DNA of 64,000 nt from an uncultured bacterium (GCA_963840885.1 CAWJAN010000006.1:116530-180529); one strand, 5' to 3'. Counted from the stretch's first letter, positions 31,751 through 42,303 are shown. Program-made: numbers and translations. Notes: generated by a model not told the origin, from the sequence alone.

Positions 31751-31821
31751 TAATCTCTTAATTTTTATACTATTCTCCTTTAAAACTTTTGCAAGTGCAC
31801 AAAAACTTCATGCCACGTTTT

Positions 31822-33501
<1,680 letters not shown>

Positions 33502-33712
33502 AATTTCCTTATATAATAGCATCAGCAAGTGGAATTCGGAAACGATTCAGCGTCAAGACAGCATTTGATTATTATCCGTTTCGGGATTAGTATGAATTTC
33601 AGAAATATCCGCTTACTCTAATAGGTGAGGCCCATAAGCTCTTATTACAGGGTTAATAAAGGCATTTCCATAAAACCCTTATTTTAAGCCATATTTTCTT
33701 ATGGTTACCCTC

Positions 33713-33740
33713 TTGACTTTTTAAAACATTAATATATAAT
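33713..33740 (+). promoter_or_regulatory. Sigma70-like promoter
   Basis: TTGACT-16-TATAAT upstream of 33771. Confidence 0.6.
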
Positions 33741-33770
33741 ATACAAGTAAATAAAAATCAATAAAAACAT

Positions 33771-34754
33771 ATGAAAAATTTAATAAATACAAACAAATAC
33801 GTTTTGGCACTCCCGGCACTCTTGCTTGTCGCTGTATTTACTGTTGCCAAGCCTGTCTTTGCTCAGGAATACGTAGACGGAGGCGACGGATATACGTATA
33901 TTGACGGTGGAAGCGGTACCTCATATGTGGATGGTGGAAACGGATATACTTATGTAGATGGAGGCAATGGTTATACTTATGTTGATGGCGGAAACGGATA
34001 CACTTATACTCCAACACCAACATACGCACCTGCTTATATTCCTTCTTCAAATCCCGTAACTGTTTATTCCGGTGGTTCAGATGTAACTTACTATTCTTCC
34101 CCTGATTCATATTATTATCCGGTTACACCAGGAGTCGTATATTCAGGCGGAGCTTATGGCGGAACACCGGCATCTCCATCAACATATACTTCAAGCGGAC
34201 AGACAACGGTTTATTCCGGAAGCGCTTCAGGAGGCAATCCTTCTTCAGGATATACATATTATTATCCGACAAACGGAACAACCGTTTCAAACGGAGCGGT
34301 TTATTCCGGAGTTCCTAATCAGGTTCTTGCTTATACCGATACCAGAAACCCGCAGCTCTCATCTGTTTATTTGAGCGATGTTCCTTATACAGGAGCAGGA
34401 GATGTCTTCAAGATTATTCTTTTTGCACTTGCACTTATATCATGGAGCTTGTTCGCCACATTTATGATCTTGAAAAGAAAAGCAAAAACCCAGCTTGCTG
34501 AAGTTGTAGTTTCAAACGGATCTGCAGAAAGAAAAGAAAATGAATTTGCAACTTTGCTTGATTCCGATTCAAGAGACATAGCTTCAATAGAAGCGCTCGC
34601 AAGAGAAAACAAAGTATTGCTTTCTACCGATGCCGCATCAAGGCTCGTAAAGATAGAAAGATTGAACGGAGTAAGGGCTTCCTATATACTCAAAAACGCT
34701 TCAAAGGGAGAATGGACAACCCTCGGAGAAAAGGATTTGGAAAAGTATCTCTAA
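33771..34754 (+). CDS. Tyr/Gly/Ser-rich surface protein with nonapeptide repeats and a VPYTG-TM-KRK segment
   Basis: Signal peptide (VFA|Q); (YTYVDGGNG)x~5; VYSG x4; VYLSDVPYTG + TM + KRK + ~90-aa tail. Confidence 0.7.
   Translation: MKNLINTNKYVLALPALLLVAVFTVAKPVFAQEYVDGGDGYTYIDGGSGTSYVDGGNGYTYVDGGNGYTYVDGGNGYTYTPTPTYAPAYIPSSNPVTVYSGGSDVTYYSSPDSYYYPVTPGVVYSGGAYGGTPASPSTYTSSGQTTVYSGSASGGNPSSGYTYYYPTNGTTVSNGAVYSGVPNQVLAYTDTRNPQLSSVYLSDVPYTGAGDVFKIILFALALISWSLFATFMILKRKAKTQLAEVVVSNGSAERKENEFATLLDSDSRDIASIEALARENKVLLSTDAASRLVKIERLNGVRASYILKNASKGEWTTLGEKDLEKYL
33867..34007 (+). repeat. 27-bp coding tandem repeat (~5 copies, synonymous divergence)
   Basis: tatacttatgtagatggaggcaatggt / tatacttatgttgatggcggaaacgga and related units. 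Confidence 0.85.
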
Positions 34755-34800
34755 ATACAATATAAAAACCCGCCGGAAAGGCGGGTTTTTATATTGTATT
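34754..34800 (+). terminator. Intrinsic terminator with a 21-bp perfect inverted repeat
   Basis: aatacaatataaaaacccgcc-ggaaa-ggcgggtttttatattgtatt. Confidence 0.85.
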
Positions 34801-34826
34801 GACAAATTCTTATAATAGTGTATACT
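34799..34826 (+). promoter_or_regulatory. Sigma70 promoter of an orphan gene
   Basis: TTGACA-16-TATACT; SD AAGGAGGA at 34859-66. Confidence 0.65.
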
Positions 34827-34870
34827 TTATACCGAAGTTCATCACATAGTTTTTGTCCAAGGAGGACAAC

Positions 34871-35398
34871 ATGATCAATCACAGCACCGAACAGATTCAA
34901 GTGCCGTCCACCGTGGATGTCATCAAGATTCGCAGGGTCCTTTGGGTCCTGTTCGCGGTCATTTTGATCGCGATGTTCATAGGTTTCCTGTTTCATTTCC
35001 TGTTGCAAAAGTACTCGTTCAAAATCGAGGAAAAGGGGAATGGGCAGCCGGCGGCGGCGCAGAATTATGCTCCGCCTTCCTCAATGGTCCCGAACGATGC
35101 GCAAGCATCTGCCGGTACGCCGACAAAATTCGTAGCAGTCTTTACGAGCTACGAACAGCCGGTTAGGTTTGTGAACGGCACAACCATGCAGGATATCTGC
35201 AAGGTTTATCCGCCTGATTCAGGCAATGATTCGCGGGAAACGCGCGTCAGAGTTCACAACGACCAAGAAGCGAGAGGATATTTTCTTCTCGTCGAGGATA
35301 TGTCCGGAAGGGTTTTGGCGAAGCATGACTTCGACATGACTCTGAACGGCCGGTGGAAATGGTCCGTGAAAACTGACCAAACTGAACCGATGAGCTGA
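34871..35398 (+). CDS. Orphan single-TM hypothetical protein
   Basis: ATG 34871 after AAGGAGGA; TM VLWVLFAVILIAMFIGFLFHFLL; more GC-rich codons than its neighbours. Confidence 0.65.
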   Translation: MINHSTEQIQVPSTVDVIKIRRVLWVLFAVILIAMFIGFLFHFLLQKYSFKIEEKGNGQPAAAQNYAPPSSMVPNDAQASAGTPTKFVAVFTSYEQPVRFVNGTTMQDICKVYPPDSGNDSRETRVRVHNDQEARGYFLLVEDMSGRVLAKHDFDMTLNGRWKWSVKTDQTEPMS

Positions 35399-35410
35399 GC
35401 TTCACCCAGG

Positions 35411-35488
35411 GCCTCGCAACCGTTAACACGGTTTGCGAGGCTCTTTTTATTTAGGCGGATTTTGCGAAGCAAAATCCGCCTATTTTTT
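35411..35488 (+). terminator. Two tandem hairpins/terminators
   Basis: gcctcgcaaccgt-taac-acggtttgcgaggc+T tract; taggcggattttgc-gaa-gcaaaatccgccta+T tract. Confidence 0.7.
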
Positions 35489-35504
35489 GTGTTAAAATCT
35501 ATTT

Positions 35505-35939
35505 ATGGTAAAAATCAGCAAGAGCCTCGAAGAAACGCAGGCCGTAGCAAAGGATTTTCTGGAAAAGATAACGGAAATTTCCCATAATAAAGCGCTTATG
35601 GCTGGCCTTTATGGCGATTTGGGTTCCGGTAAAACGACTTTTACACAAGATGTCGCCAAAATTCTCGGAATAAACGATTTTGTCACGAGCCCGACTTATG
35701 TGATAGAAAAAGTATATAATATAAAATATAAATCTTTCGAAAAGTTTATACATATAGATTTATACAGGATTGAATCAGCGAAAGAATTATTGCATTTGAA
35801 TTGGAAGGAAATAACAGATAATCCGAAGAATTTGATTTTCATAGAATGGCCAGAAAAGATTTCGGAAATAATGCCGCAGGACAGCATAAAAATAAATTTT
35901 GAATTCATTTCCGAAGACAAAAGAAAAATAGAATATTAA
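35505..35939 (+). CDS. tsaE: tRNA threonylcarbamoyladenosine biosynthesis ATPase TsaE
   Basis: LYGDLGSGKTTF, VTSPTY, HIDLYRI, FIEWP. Confidence 0.95.
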   Translation: MVKISKSLEETQAVAKDFLEKITEISHNKALMAGLYGDLGSGKTTFTQDVAKILGINDFVTSPTYVIEKVYNIKYKSFEKFIHIDLYRIESAKELLHLNWKEITDNPKNLIFIEWPEKISEIMPQDSIKINFEFISEDKRKIEY

Positions 35940-35942
35940 AAA

Positions 35943-38414
35943 ATGGCAAAGACCGAAGAAAAAAATAAGACATTGGTGCTTCTTGATTCCCAGGCAATAA
36001 TACACCGCGCATATCATGCCATGCCGGAATTCGCCACATCAAAAGGCGTTCCTACCGGCGCTCTTTACGGGCTTTCCAATATGCTTTTAAAAATTATTAC
36101 CGAACTGAAGCCCGATTATATAGTGGCTTGTTACGATTTGCCGAAGCCGACTTACCGCCATATCGCATACAAGGAATACAAGGCACACAGGGCGAAAGCT
36201 GCGGAAGATCTGGTGGATCAGATAAAAAAATCATACGATATTTTTCATGCGTTCAATATACCGATTTATTCCCATGAAGGTTTTGAGGCTGACGATATGA
36301 TAGGCACTATAGTCGAAAAAACAAAGAAAGAAAAAAATCTGAATGTAATAATCGCTTCAGGTGATATGGATACTTTGCAGCTAGTCGATGATGACAGGGT
36401 GCGCGTCTATACGCTGAAGAAAGGAATAAGCGATACGATTTTATATAACGAAAAGGCGGTTAATGAACGGTACGGATTCGGCCCAGAATTTTTGCCGGAT
36501 TACAAAGGGCTTTGCGGAGACCAGTCGGATAATATTCCTGGAATAAAAGGAATAGGAGATAAAAGCGCGACAGATTTGATTACGCAATTCGGCCACATAG
36601 AGGATATTTACAAGAAGCTTAAGAAAGGAAAAAAAGAATTCGAAAAAGCCGGCATAAAAGAGAGGATAATAGGCCTCCTTGAGACAGGCGAGGAAGAAGC
36701 TAATTTTTCCAAAATGCTCGGCACCATAAACAGGGAAGCGCCGATAGACTGGAAGATGCCGGGTAAGACTTGGCGCGAAGCCATAGATACGGAAAAAATA
36801 AATTCCGTCTGGACGGATCTCGAATTCAGGACGCTTGGAACAAGATTGAAAAATATCCTAGACGGAAAAGAGGAAATAAAAGGCAAAAAAGAATCAAAAA
36901 ATATGGAAGAGGAGAAATCGCCAGCAAGGACGCAGGAGATGTTTTCATTTTCTGGTTCAGAAGAAAAAATGAAAGAGCTCGAGATAATGCTTTGGCTCAT
37001 CAATTCAAATATCACGAACCCCAAAGCCGAAGATATTTATAATTTTACCAAGGCAAAAAATTTAGATGACGCCGAAAAGATTATTTCCAAAGAAATCGAA
37101 AAGAGAAAATTGGAAGGAGTCTGGGAAAAAATAGAAAAGCCGCTTATTTCAATAATAGACGAAATGGAAAAGGTCGGATTCAAGATAGATAAAAAGGAAA
37201 TGGAAAGGCTTTCTAAAGATTATCATAAGAGTCTTTCCCTTCTGGAGAAAAAAATATGGGACCTTGCCGGCAGCGAGTTCAACATAAATTCACCCAAGCA
37301 GCTTGGTGAAATCATTTTCGTGAAGCTCGGCCTCAAAGCCAAAAGCCAGAAGAAGACGGCTGGCGGAGCGTTTTCCACCAAAGAATCCGAACTGGAAAAA
37401 CTCAGGGAAATGAATCCGATAATAAATCTGATAATAGAATACAGGGAATTCCAGAAGCTTCTCTCCACTTATATAGATGTCATACCGGAACTTCTAGATA
37501 AGGATAATAGACTGCATACTAAATTTTTGCAGGCCGGAACGACGACAGGCAGGCTCGCATCGTCTAATCCGAATCTTCAGAATATCCCGAACGAAAGCGA
37601 ACTGGGCCGGAATATCAGGGCGGCTTTCATCGCGGATAAGGGAACAAAGCTTTTGTCCTTCGACTATTCTCAGGCTGAGCTCCGCATAGCGGCTTTTATG
37701 GCGCCGGATGAAAAGCTTCTTGAAATATTCAGGAACGGCATGGATGTGCATGCCGCCGTGGCTTCGGAAGTCTTCAATGTGCCGCTCGATAAAGTGGACA
37801 AGGAAATGAGGCGCCGGGCAAAAGTTATAAATTTCGGAATAATGTACGGAATGGGCGCAAATGCACTCCGCATAAATTTAAGCGGAGCCCAGACGATAAT
37901 CACAGAAGCGAGGCCGGCATATTCCGGCGCCGTAAGCAGAGAAGAAGCCCAGAAATATCTAAATGAGTATTTCAATAAATTTTCCGGCCTTGCGAAATAC
38001 CTGGAAAGGATAAAAGCTGAAGCCAAGGAAAAAGGATATACGGAAACTTTTTTCGGCAGGAGAAGATATTTTGAAGGATTGAATTCGAAGATACCTTATA
38101 TAAGGGCGATGGCAGAGAGGATGGCTATAAATGCGCCGATACAAGGGACTGAAGCCGATCTCATAAAGCTTGCGATGATTCGTATCGACGAATATTTGAA
38201 AAAAGAAAATCTGTCGGAAAAAATCAAGCTTATACTGCAGGTTCATGACGAGCTCGTATATGAAGCGGACGAAAGCATTGCTGAAAAAATCGCGCCGAAG
38301 CTCGAGAAGCTTATGGAATCGGTTATTTCAAAAGAAGATTCCAAAGGAGTTATAATGAAAGCATCAAGTTCGATGGGAGAAAACTGGAAAGAAATGAAGA
38401 AGATAAACAGTTAA
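35943..38414 (+). CDS. polA: DNA polymerase I (5'-3' exonuclease + polymerase; proofreading domain reduced)
   Basis: HRAYHA, GFEADD, SGDMD, DNIPGIKGIG, TGRLASSNPNLQNIP, DYSQAELR, RRAKVINFG..YG, QVHDEL. Confidence 0.95.
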   Translation: MAKTEEKNKTLVLLDSQAIIHRAYHAMPEFATSKGVPTGALYGLSNMLLKIITELKPDYIVACYDLPKPTYRHIAYKEYKAHRAKAAEDLVDQIKKSYDIFHAFNIPIYSHEGFEADDMIGTIVEKTKKEKNLNVIIASGDMDTLQLVDDDRVRVYTLKKGISDTILYNEKAVNERYGFGPEFLPDYKGLCGDQSDNIPGIKGIGDKSATDLITQFGHIEDIYKKLKKGKKEFEKAGIKERIIGLLETGEEEANFSKMLGTINREAPIDWKMPGKTWREAIDTEKINSVWTDLEFRTLGTRLKNILDGKEEIKGKKESKNMEEEKSPARTQEMFSFSGSEEKMKELEIMLWLINSNITNPKAEDIYNFTKAKNLDDAEKIISKEIEKRKLEGVWEKIEKPLISIIDEMEKVGFKIDKKEMERLSKDYHKSLSLLEKKIWDLAGSEFNINSPKQLGEIIFVKLGLKAKSQKKTAGGAFSTKESELEKLREMNPIINLIIEYREFQKLLSTYIDVIPELLDKDNRLHTKFLQAGTTTGRLASSNPNLQNIPNESELGRNIRAAFIADKGTKLLSFDYSQAELRIAAFMAPDEKLLEIFRNGMDVHAAVASEVFNVPLDKVDKEMRRRAKVINFGIMYGMGANALRINLSGAQTIITEARPAYSGAVSREEAQKYLNEYFNKFSGLAKYLERIKAEAKEKGYTETFFGRRRYFEGLNSKIPYIRAMAERMAINAPIQGTEADLIKLAMIRIDEYLKKENLSEKIKLILQVHDELVYEADESIAEKIAPKLEKLMESVISKEDSKGVIMKASSSMGENWKEMKKINS

Positions 38415-38433
38415 AAGCAAATAAAGTTAAAAT

Positions 38434-38739
38434 ATGAAAGGAAAAAAATTTGAATATATCTATGCGGCAATAACGGTATTTGCGCTCAATATAGCGATAT
38501 TCCTGCTCAGCGGAAAATTCATAAGCTTTTTCCTGTTTATAAACAATGGAGCCAGCAAAGCCTTATTGTTTCTCGATGTATTGTTTATTATATTCGCTTT
38601 CGCATATATGTTTTTAGGAAACATGGCATATATACACGAAAAAAGAAAATCGCTCGGAATCGTTTTTATTGCTCTTGGATTTCTGCTTGCGCTCTATTAC
38701 ATTCCTATAGCCATCTCTCTTCTCGTAAAAGTCTTTTAA
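38434..38739 (+). CDS. Small three-TM membrane protein
   Basis: 101 aa, three hydrophobic segments. Confidence 0.55.
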   Translation: MKGKKFEYIYAAITVFALNIAIFLLSGKFISFFLFINNGASKALLFLDVLFIIFAFAYMFLGNMAYIHEKRKSLGIVFIALGFLLALYYIPIAISLLVKVF

Positions 38740-38785
38740 TTAAAAATCAGGGTTTCCGTTTTAGCGGAAGCCCTGATTTTTAATT
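38738..38785. terminator. Bidirectional terminator
   Basis: aattaaaaatcaggg...ccctgatttttaatt. Confidence 0.8.
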
Positions 38786-38786
38786 T

Positions 38787-39842
38787 TTATTTCTGCCCTT
38801 CCAAAAACTTCACCACTTCATCATTCGATAATTGCATTTCCACATAGGCGCGGACTCTTTCTTCACTCGCATCTTTGTAATGCTGCATAAGGTGCTTCAT
38901 TTCTTTTTCCACAGCATCCTTATTCGGTTCGAGTTTTTCCTCAAGTGATATTTTCTGTAGTATTATTTGCATCTTCGCTCTTTTTTCTGCATCCGGCATC
39001 CATTCTTTCCTAAGGTCTTCCCAGTTTTTCTTTATATGCTTTAAATATTCTTCCGGCTGAAGCCCCATATTTGCGATATCGCCTTTGAACTGCGCTTCCA
39101 TCTTGTCGAGTTCGCTTTCCACAAGCGCTTTCGGCATCTCAATCTTCGATTCCTCGGTAATATTATCTATGATTTCAAGAACTTTTTTATTCCTAGCCTT
39201 GACCTTCTTCTCTTCCGCAATATTCATTTTCAGTTTTTCCCTGAAATCGTAGACACTTTTGAAATCGCCGAGCTTTTTTACGAGCTCATCATTAAGTTCC
39301 GGCAATTCCTGTTTTTCATTTTCCTTATGTTCTTCGCCTGGAGCATGAATATGATTCTGCTCGGCATACATCTTTCGGATTTGTTCTATCGTTTCCTCAA
39401 CTTGTTTTTCGGTGACTTCTTCCGGCTTCTCCTCTTTTGAATTTATTTTTTTGGCTATTTTTTTATAGTCGGCAAGCTTCGCTTCCGGCATTGTCATGAC
39501 TTTAATCTTGAATTCTATGGGAGAGCCTGGAGCTATTTTTGTGACGGAGATTTCAGGCCTGCCAAGGAAATTAATCTTAGATTCCACGAGTATTTCTATG
39601 GCGGAATCGTTTATTGCAAGTTCCGCTGCTTCCTCAAGGAGCCCGAGTTCACCGACCTTTTCTTTTATCATAGTTTCAGGAACTTGGCCTTTTCTGAAAC
39701 CAGGCAACTCCGTAATTGCTTTTATTTTTTTAAGGGCTTTTTCTTTGTACGTTTCGATTCCTTCTTTTTCTATTTCCGCGGAAATTTCCACGATGCATTC
39801 CGGTAGCTTTTTGGTATCTTTTATCTTGTATATTTTTGTCAT
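38787..39842 (-). CDS. tig: Trigger factor lacking the PPIase domain
   Basis: Ribosome-binding LPGFRKGQVP; N-domain joined to the LPELND C-domain by a ~19-aa linker; 351 aa. Confidence 0.9.
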   Translation of the reverse strand: MTKIYKIKDTKKLPECIVEISAEIEKEGIETYKEKALKKIKAITELPGFRKGQVPETMIKEKVGELGLLEEAAELAINDSAIEILVESKINFLGRPEISVTKIAPGSPIEFKIKVMTMPEAKLADYKKIAKKINSKEEKPEEVTEKQVEETIEQIRKMYAEQNHIHAPGEEHKENEKQELPELNDELVKKLGDFKSVYDFREKLKMNIAEEKKVKARNKKVLEIIDNITEESKIEMPKALVESELDKMEAQFKGDIANMGLQPEEYLKHIKKNWEDLRKEWMPDAEKRAKMQIILQKISLEEKLEPNKDAVEKEMKHLMQHYKDASEERVRAYVEMQLSNDEVVKFLEGQK

Positions 39843-39876
39843 AAAAGTGAGTCTACATTAAACCAAATGAAAATGC

Positions 39877-39910
39877 AAAATGCCGCCGTGCAGAGGCGCG
39901 GCGGCATTTT
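39877..39910 (-). terminator. Intrinsic terminator
   Basis: aaaatgccgccgtgc-agag-gcgcggcggcatttt. Confidence 0.75.
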
Positions 39911-39917
39911 TAGCTTT

Positions 39918-40163
39918 TTATTGCAGCTGGTCTACGCCCTGTCCAAGATTGTCTAAATTCATATTGGCCGCATCGTTCTCTAGTGAATTTATATCATCAG
40001 ACTGGCTTGTTGTGCCCTGGCTTTGAGTCGTTGAAGCCGCGTTCTGCGTTTGCGTTAGGCTTGCTCTTTGGCCTATGAAATATACAGCCCCGATTAAAAG
40101 GACTATTATTATGATTATTATTCCTATTATCGCCCCTGCCCCTTCTTCATTTTTATTTTGCAT
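39918..40163 (-). CDS. Small single-TM protein
   Basis: GAIIGIIIIIIVLLIGAVYF followed by a polar tail. Confidence 0.65.
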   Translation of the reverse strand: MQNKNEEGAGAIIGIIIIIIVLLIGAVYFIGQRASLTQTQNAASTTQSQGTTSQSDDINSLENDAANMNLDNLGQGVDQLQ

Positions 40164-40210
40164 TTTATTTTTTATATTTGGCTTGTTAAAGCGACCTTTT
40201 TAATTAATTT

Positions 40211-40834
40211 TTATGATTGTATTGTCGAAGTCGAATTTTCCTGATCCTGCTTCAGCGATTCGATGACTTTTACCAGATCGGAGCGTGCAGTTTTCACATC
40301 CTGCAGAAGTTTTTTGTTTTCGGTTTGCAGATCCGAAAGGATAGTTTTTCTCGTTGATGTTGATGTCGTCGCTGAGAGCTCATCCGTGAAAGACTGCATA
40401 TCCGTTTTTACTACAGCTATGTCGGCTTGAGCGGTAGTCAGAAGTATCTGTAAAGCTGATACGTCTATTCCGGCAGCATCCATTTTTGCCATCCTTGTTT
40501 CCACTCTAGTTTCAAGATTCGCAAGAATGTCATATGCGTTCGTATATCCTCTCAGTATATTTATCCTGCCCTGATCCATTTTTTTATCTACAAGTTTTTG
40601 AACCAGAGATTTTGTCGTGGAAGCTATCTCATCGTTTCTCTGTTTTACATTTTCAAGCACATTCTGAAGCCTTTCCGCCGGAGTGGTGCTCGCCAGATCT
40701 TCCATCCTTTGCTGGAGGACACTTTTTATTTTTGCTCCTGCAGATCCTGCAGTTGATGCAGTCTGGGCAAATGCGAAGCTTGCCGGAAGTATTGATATTG
40801 CAAATAATATGGAGATAAGTCTTATTTTTTTCAT
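40211..40834 (-). CDS. Secreted coiled-coil protein
   Basis: Signal peptide (AFA|Q); helical heptad pattern with ASTT motifs. Confidence 0.65.
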   Translation of the reverse strand: MKKIRLISILFAISILPASFAFAQTASTAGSAGAKIKSVLQQRMEDLASTTPAERLQNVLENVKQRNDEIASTTKSLVQKLVDKKMDQGRINILRGYTNAYDILANLETRVETRMAKMDAAGIDVSALQILLTTAQADIAVVKTDMQSFTDELSATTSTSTRKTILSDLQTENKKLLQDVKTARSDLVKVIESLKQDQENSTSTIQS

Positions 40835-40920
40835 ATTTTTATATTTATACGCTAATAATCTCTATTAGTTGCATTATATAACAGCGGCTTTCTTTTGGAA
40901 AGAATTTTAGCCGGCTTCAT

Positions 40921-40961
40921 TATAAAAAGCCGATTTTACTTTGTAAAATCGGCTTTTTATA
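40921..40961 (-). terminator. Terminator after nusA
   Basis: tataaaaagccgattttac-ttt-gtaaaatcggctttttata. Confidence 0.8.
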
Positions 40962-40979
40962 GATTGTTATAAACAGTTT

Positions 40980-42182
40980 TTATTCTTCTTTATCGTTTTC
41001 TGAACCGGCTTCTTCTATGAATTCTCCTTCAGTGGAAACGATGTCTATTTTCCAGCCCGTGAGTTTTGCCGCAAGCCTGACATTTTGTCCGCCTTTTCCT
41101 ATGGCAAGAGATTGCTGGTCAGCCGAGACTTCAACAGTGGCCTTCTTTTCCTTGTCATCTATATCTATGGAAACTATCCTTGCAGGAGAAAGCGCTTCTT
41201 CTATGAATTTTTTCGGATCATCGGACCATTCTATTATGTCTATCTTTTCTCCTCCGAGCTCGGACATGACAGTAGCCACTCTCACTCCTCTCTGTCCTAC
41301 AAGCGCTCCGACTGGATCGACATGCTCATCTTTTGAGGTGATGGCGATTTTTGAACGCGAACCGGCTTCGCGTGCGATGGATTTTACTTCCACTGTGCCT
41401 GAACCGAGCTCAGGTGATTCGGCTTTGAAAAGTTCTTCAAGGAATTTCGGATGCGATCTTGAAAGCCTGATGAAAGTTCCTCTAGGAGTTTCTTCCACCT
41501 TATATAGGTATGCGCGGATTCTTTCTCCTGGCTTGAATTTTTCTCCTGGAATCTGCTCTTCATAAGGAAGTATGGCCGTAGCTCTTCCCATATCCACGAA
41601 TATATTCCCCCTTTCCATCCTTTGGACAGTTCCTGTGACTATTGATCCCTCCTTTTCCCCATATTCGTTGAATATGGAAACTTTTTCGGCTTCGCGGATT
41701 TTCTGGATTATGACTTGTTTCGCCGTTTGTGCAGCAATTCTTCCGTAATCGCTCTTTTCTTCAAGAGGGAAGATGAGTTCGTCTCCGACTTTTGCGTCCT
41801 TCTTTATTTTCTTGGCGTCTTCCAGGAAGATATGGTGTTCAGGATTGTAGTAGACTATTTTTTCCCCGTTTTCATTTAGCTCTTCCTTCTCCTCATCCAT
41901 TTTCCTGGATTTTTTGAATCTTTCTTCGGCTTCGGCATCCGCTTTCTTGTCTTCGCGCATAACGACGCTGTTTTTATCGACAACGGTCTTTATCTGGACG
42001 AATTCCATTTTTCCGCTTGATGGATCGAATTTAGCTTTTATCACCTGACCTCTTTTGCCGTATTCTTTCTTGTATGCGGTAGCGAGGGCCATTTCTATGG
42101 CTTCAAGCATTTTTTCTTTCGGAATCCCTTTCTCTTCCTGCATCTGGTCTATGACGGAATTCAATACTTTTAGGTCTATCAT
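40980..42182 (-). CDS. nusA: Transcription termination factor NusA
   Basis: YGRIAAQTAKQVI.QKIREAE, S1 domain, IAREAGSRSKIA, DPVGALVG..G.RV, AIGKGGQNVRLAAKLTGW. Confidence 0.97.
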   Translation of the reverse strand: MIDLKVLNSVIDQMQEEKGIPKEKMLEAIEMALATAYKKEYGKRGQVIKAKFDPSSGKMEFVQIKTVVDKNSVVMREDKKADAEAEERFKKSRKMDEEKEELNENGEKIVYYNPEHHIFLEDAKKIKKDAKVGDELIFPLEEKSDYGRIAAQTAKQVIIQKIREAEKVSIFNEYGEKEGSIVTGTVQRMERGNIFVDMGRATAILPYEEQIPGEKFKPGERIRAYLYKVEETPRGTFIRLSRSHPKFLEELFKAESPELGSGTVEVKSIAREAGSRSKIAITSKDEHVDPVGALVGQRGVRVATVMSELGGEKIDIIEWSDDPKKFIEEALSPARIVSIDIDDKEKKATVEVSADQQSLAIGKGGQNVRLAAKLTGWKIDIVSTEGEFIEEAGSENDKEE

Positions 42183-42303
42183 TTTGTCTTTTTAGCCTCC
42201 TTCCGGGCCAGACCGGAAGATGCCGGAAATAGGCCTAAAATACAAGCTATATATTATTTTTTAAAAAAATTAGCTCGCCTCGAAGCGAACTGAATGTAAC
42301 ATC

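Noticed and set aside
33867-34007. CRISPR-like short repeats
   Set aside because: 27-bp codon-phased repeats with synonymous variation inside an ORF.
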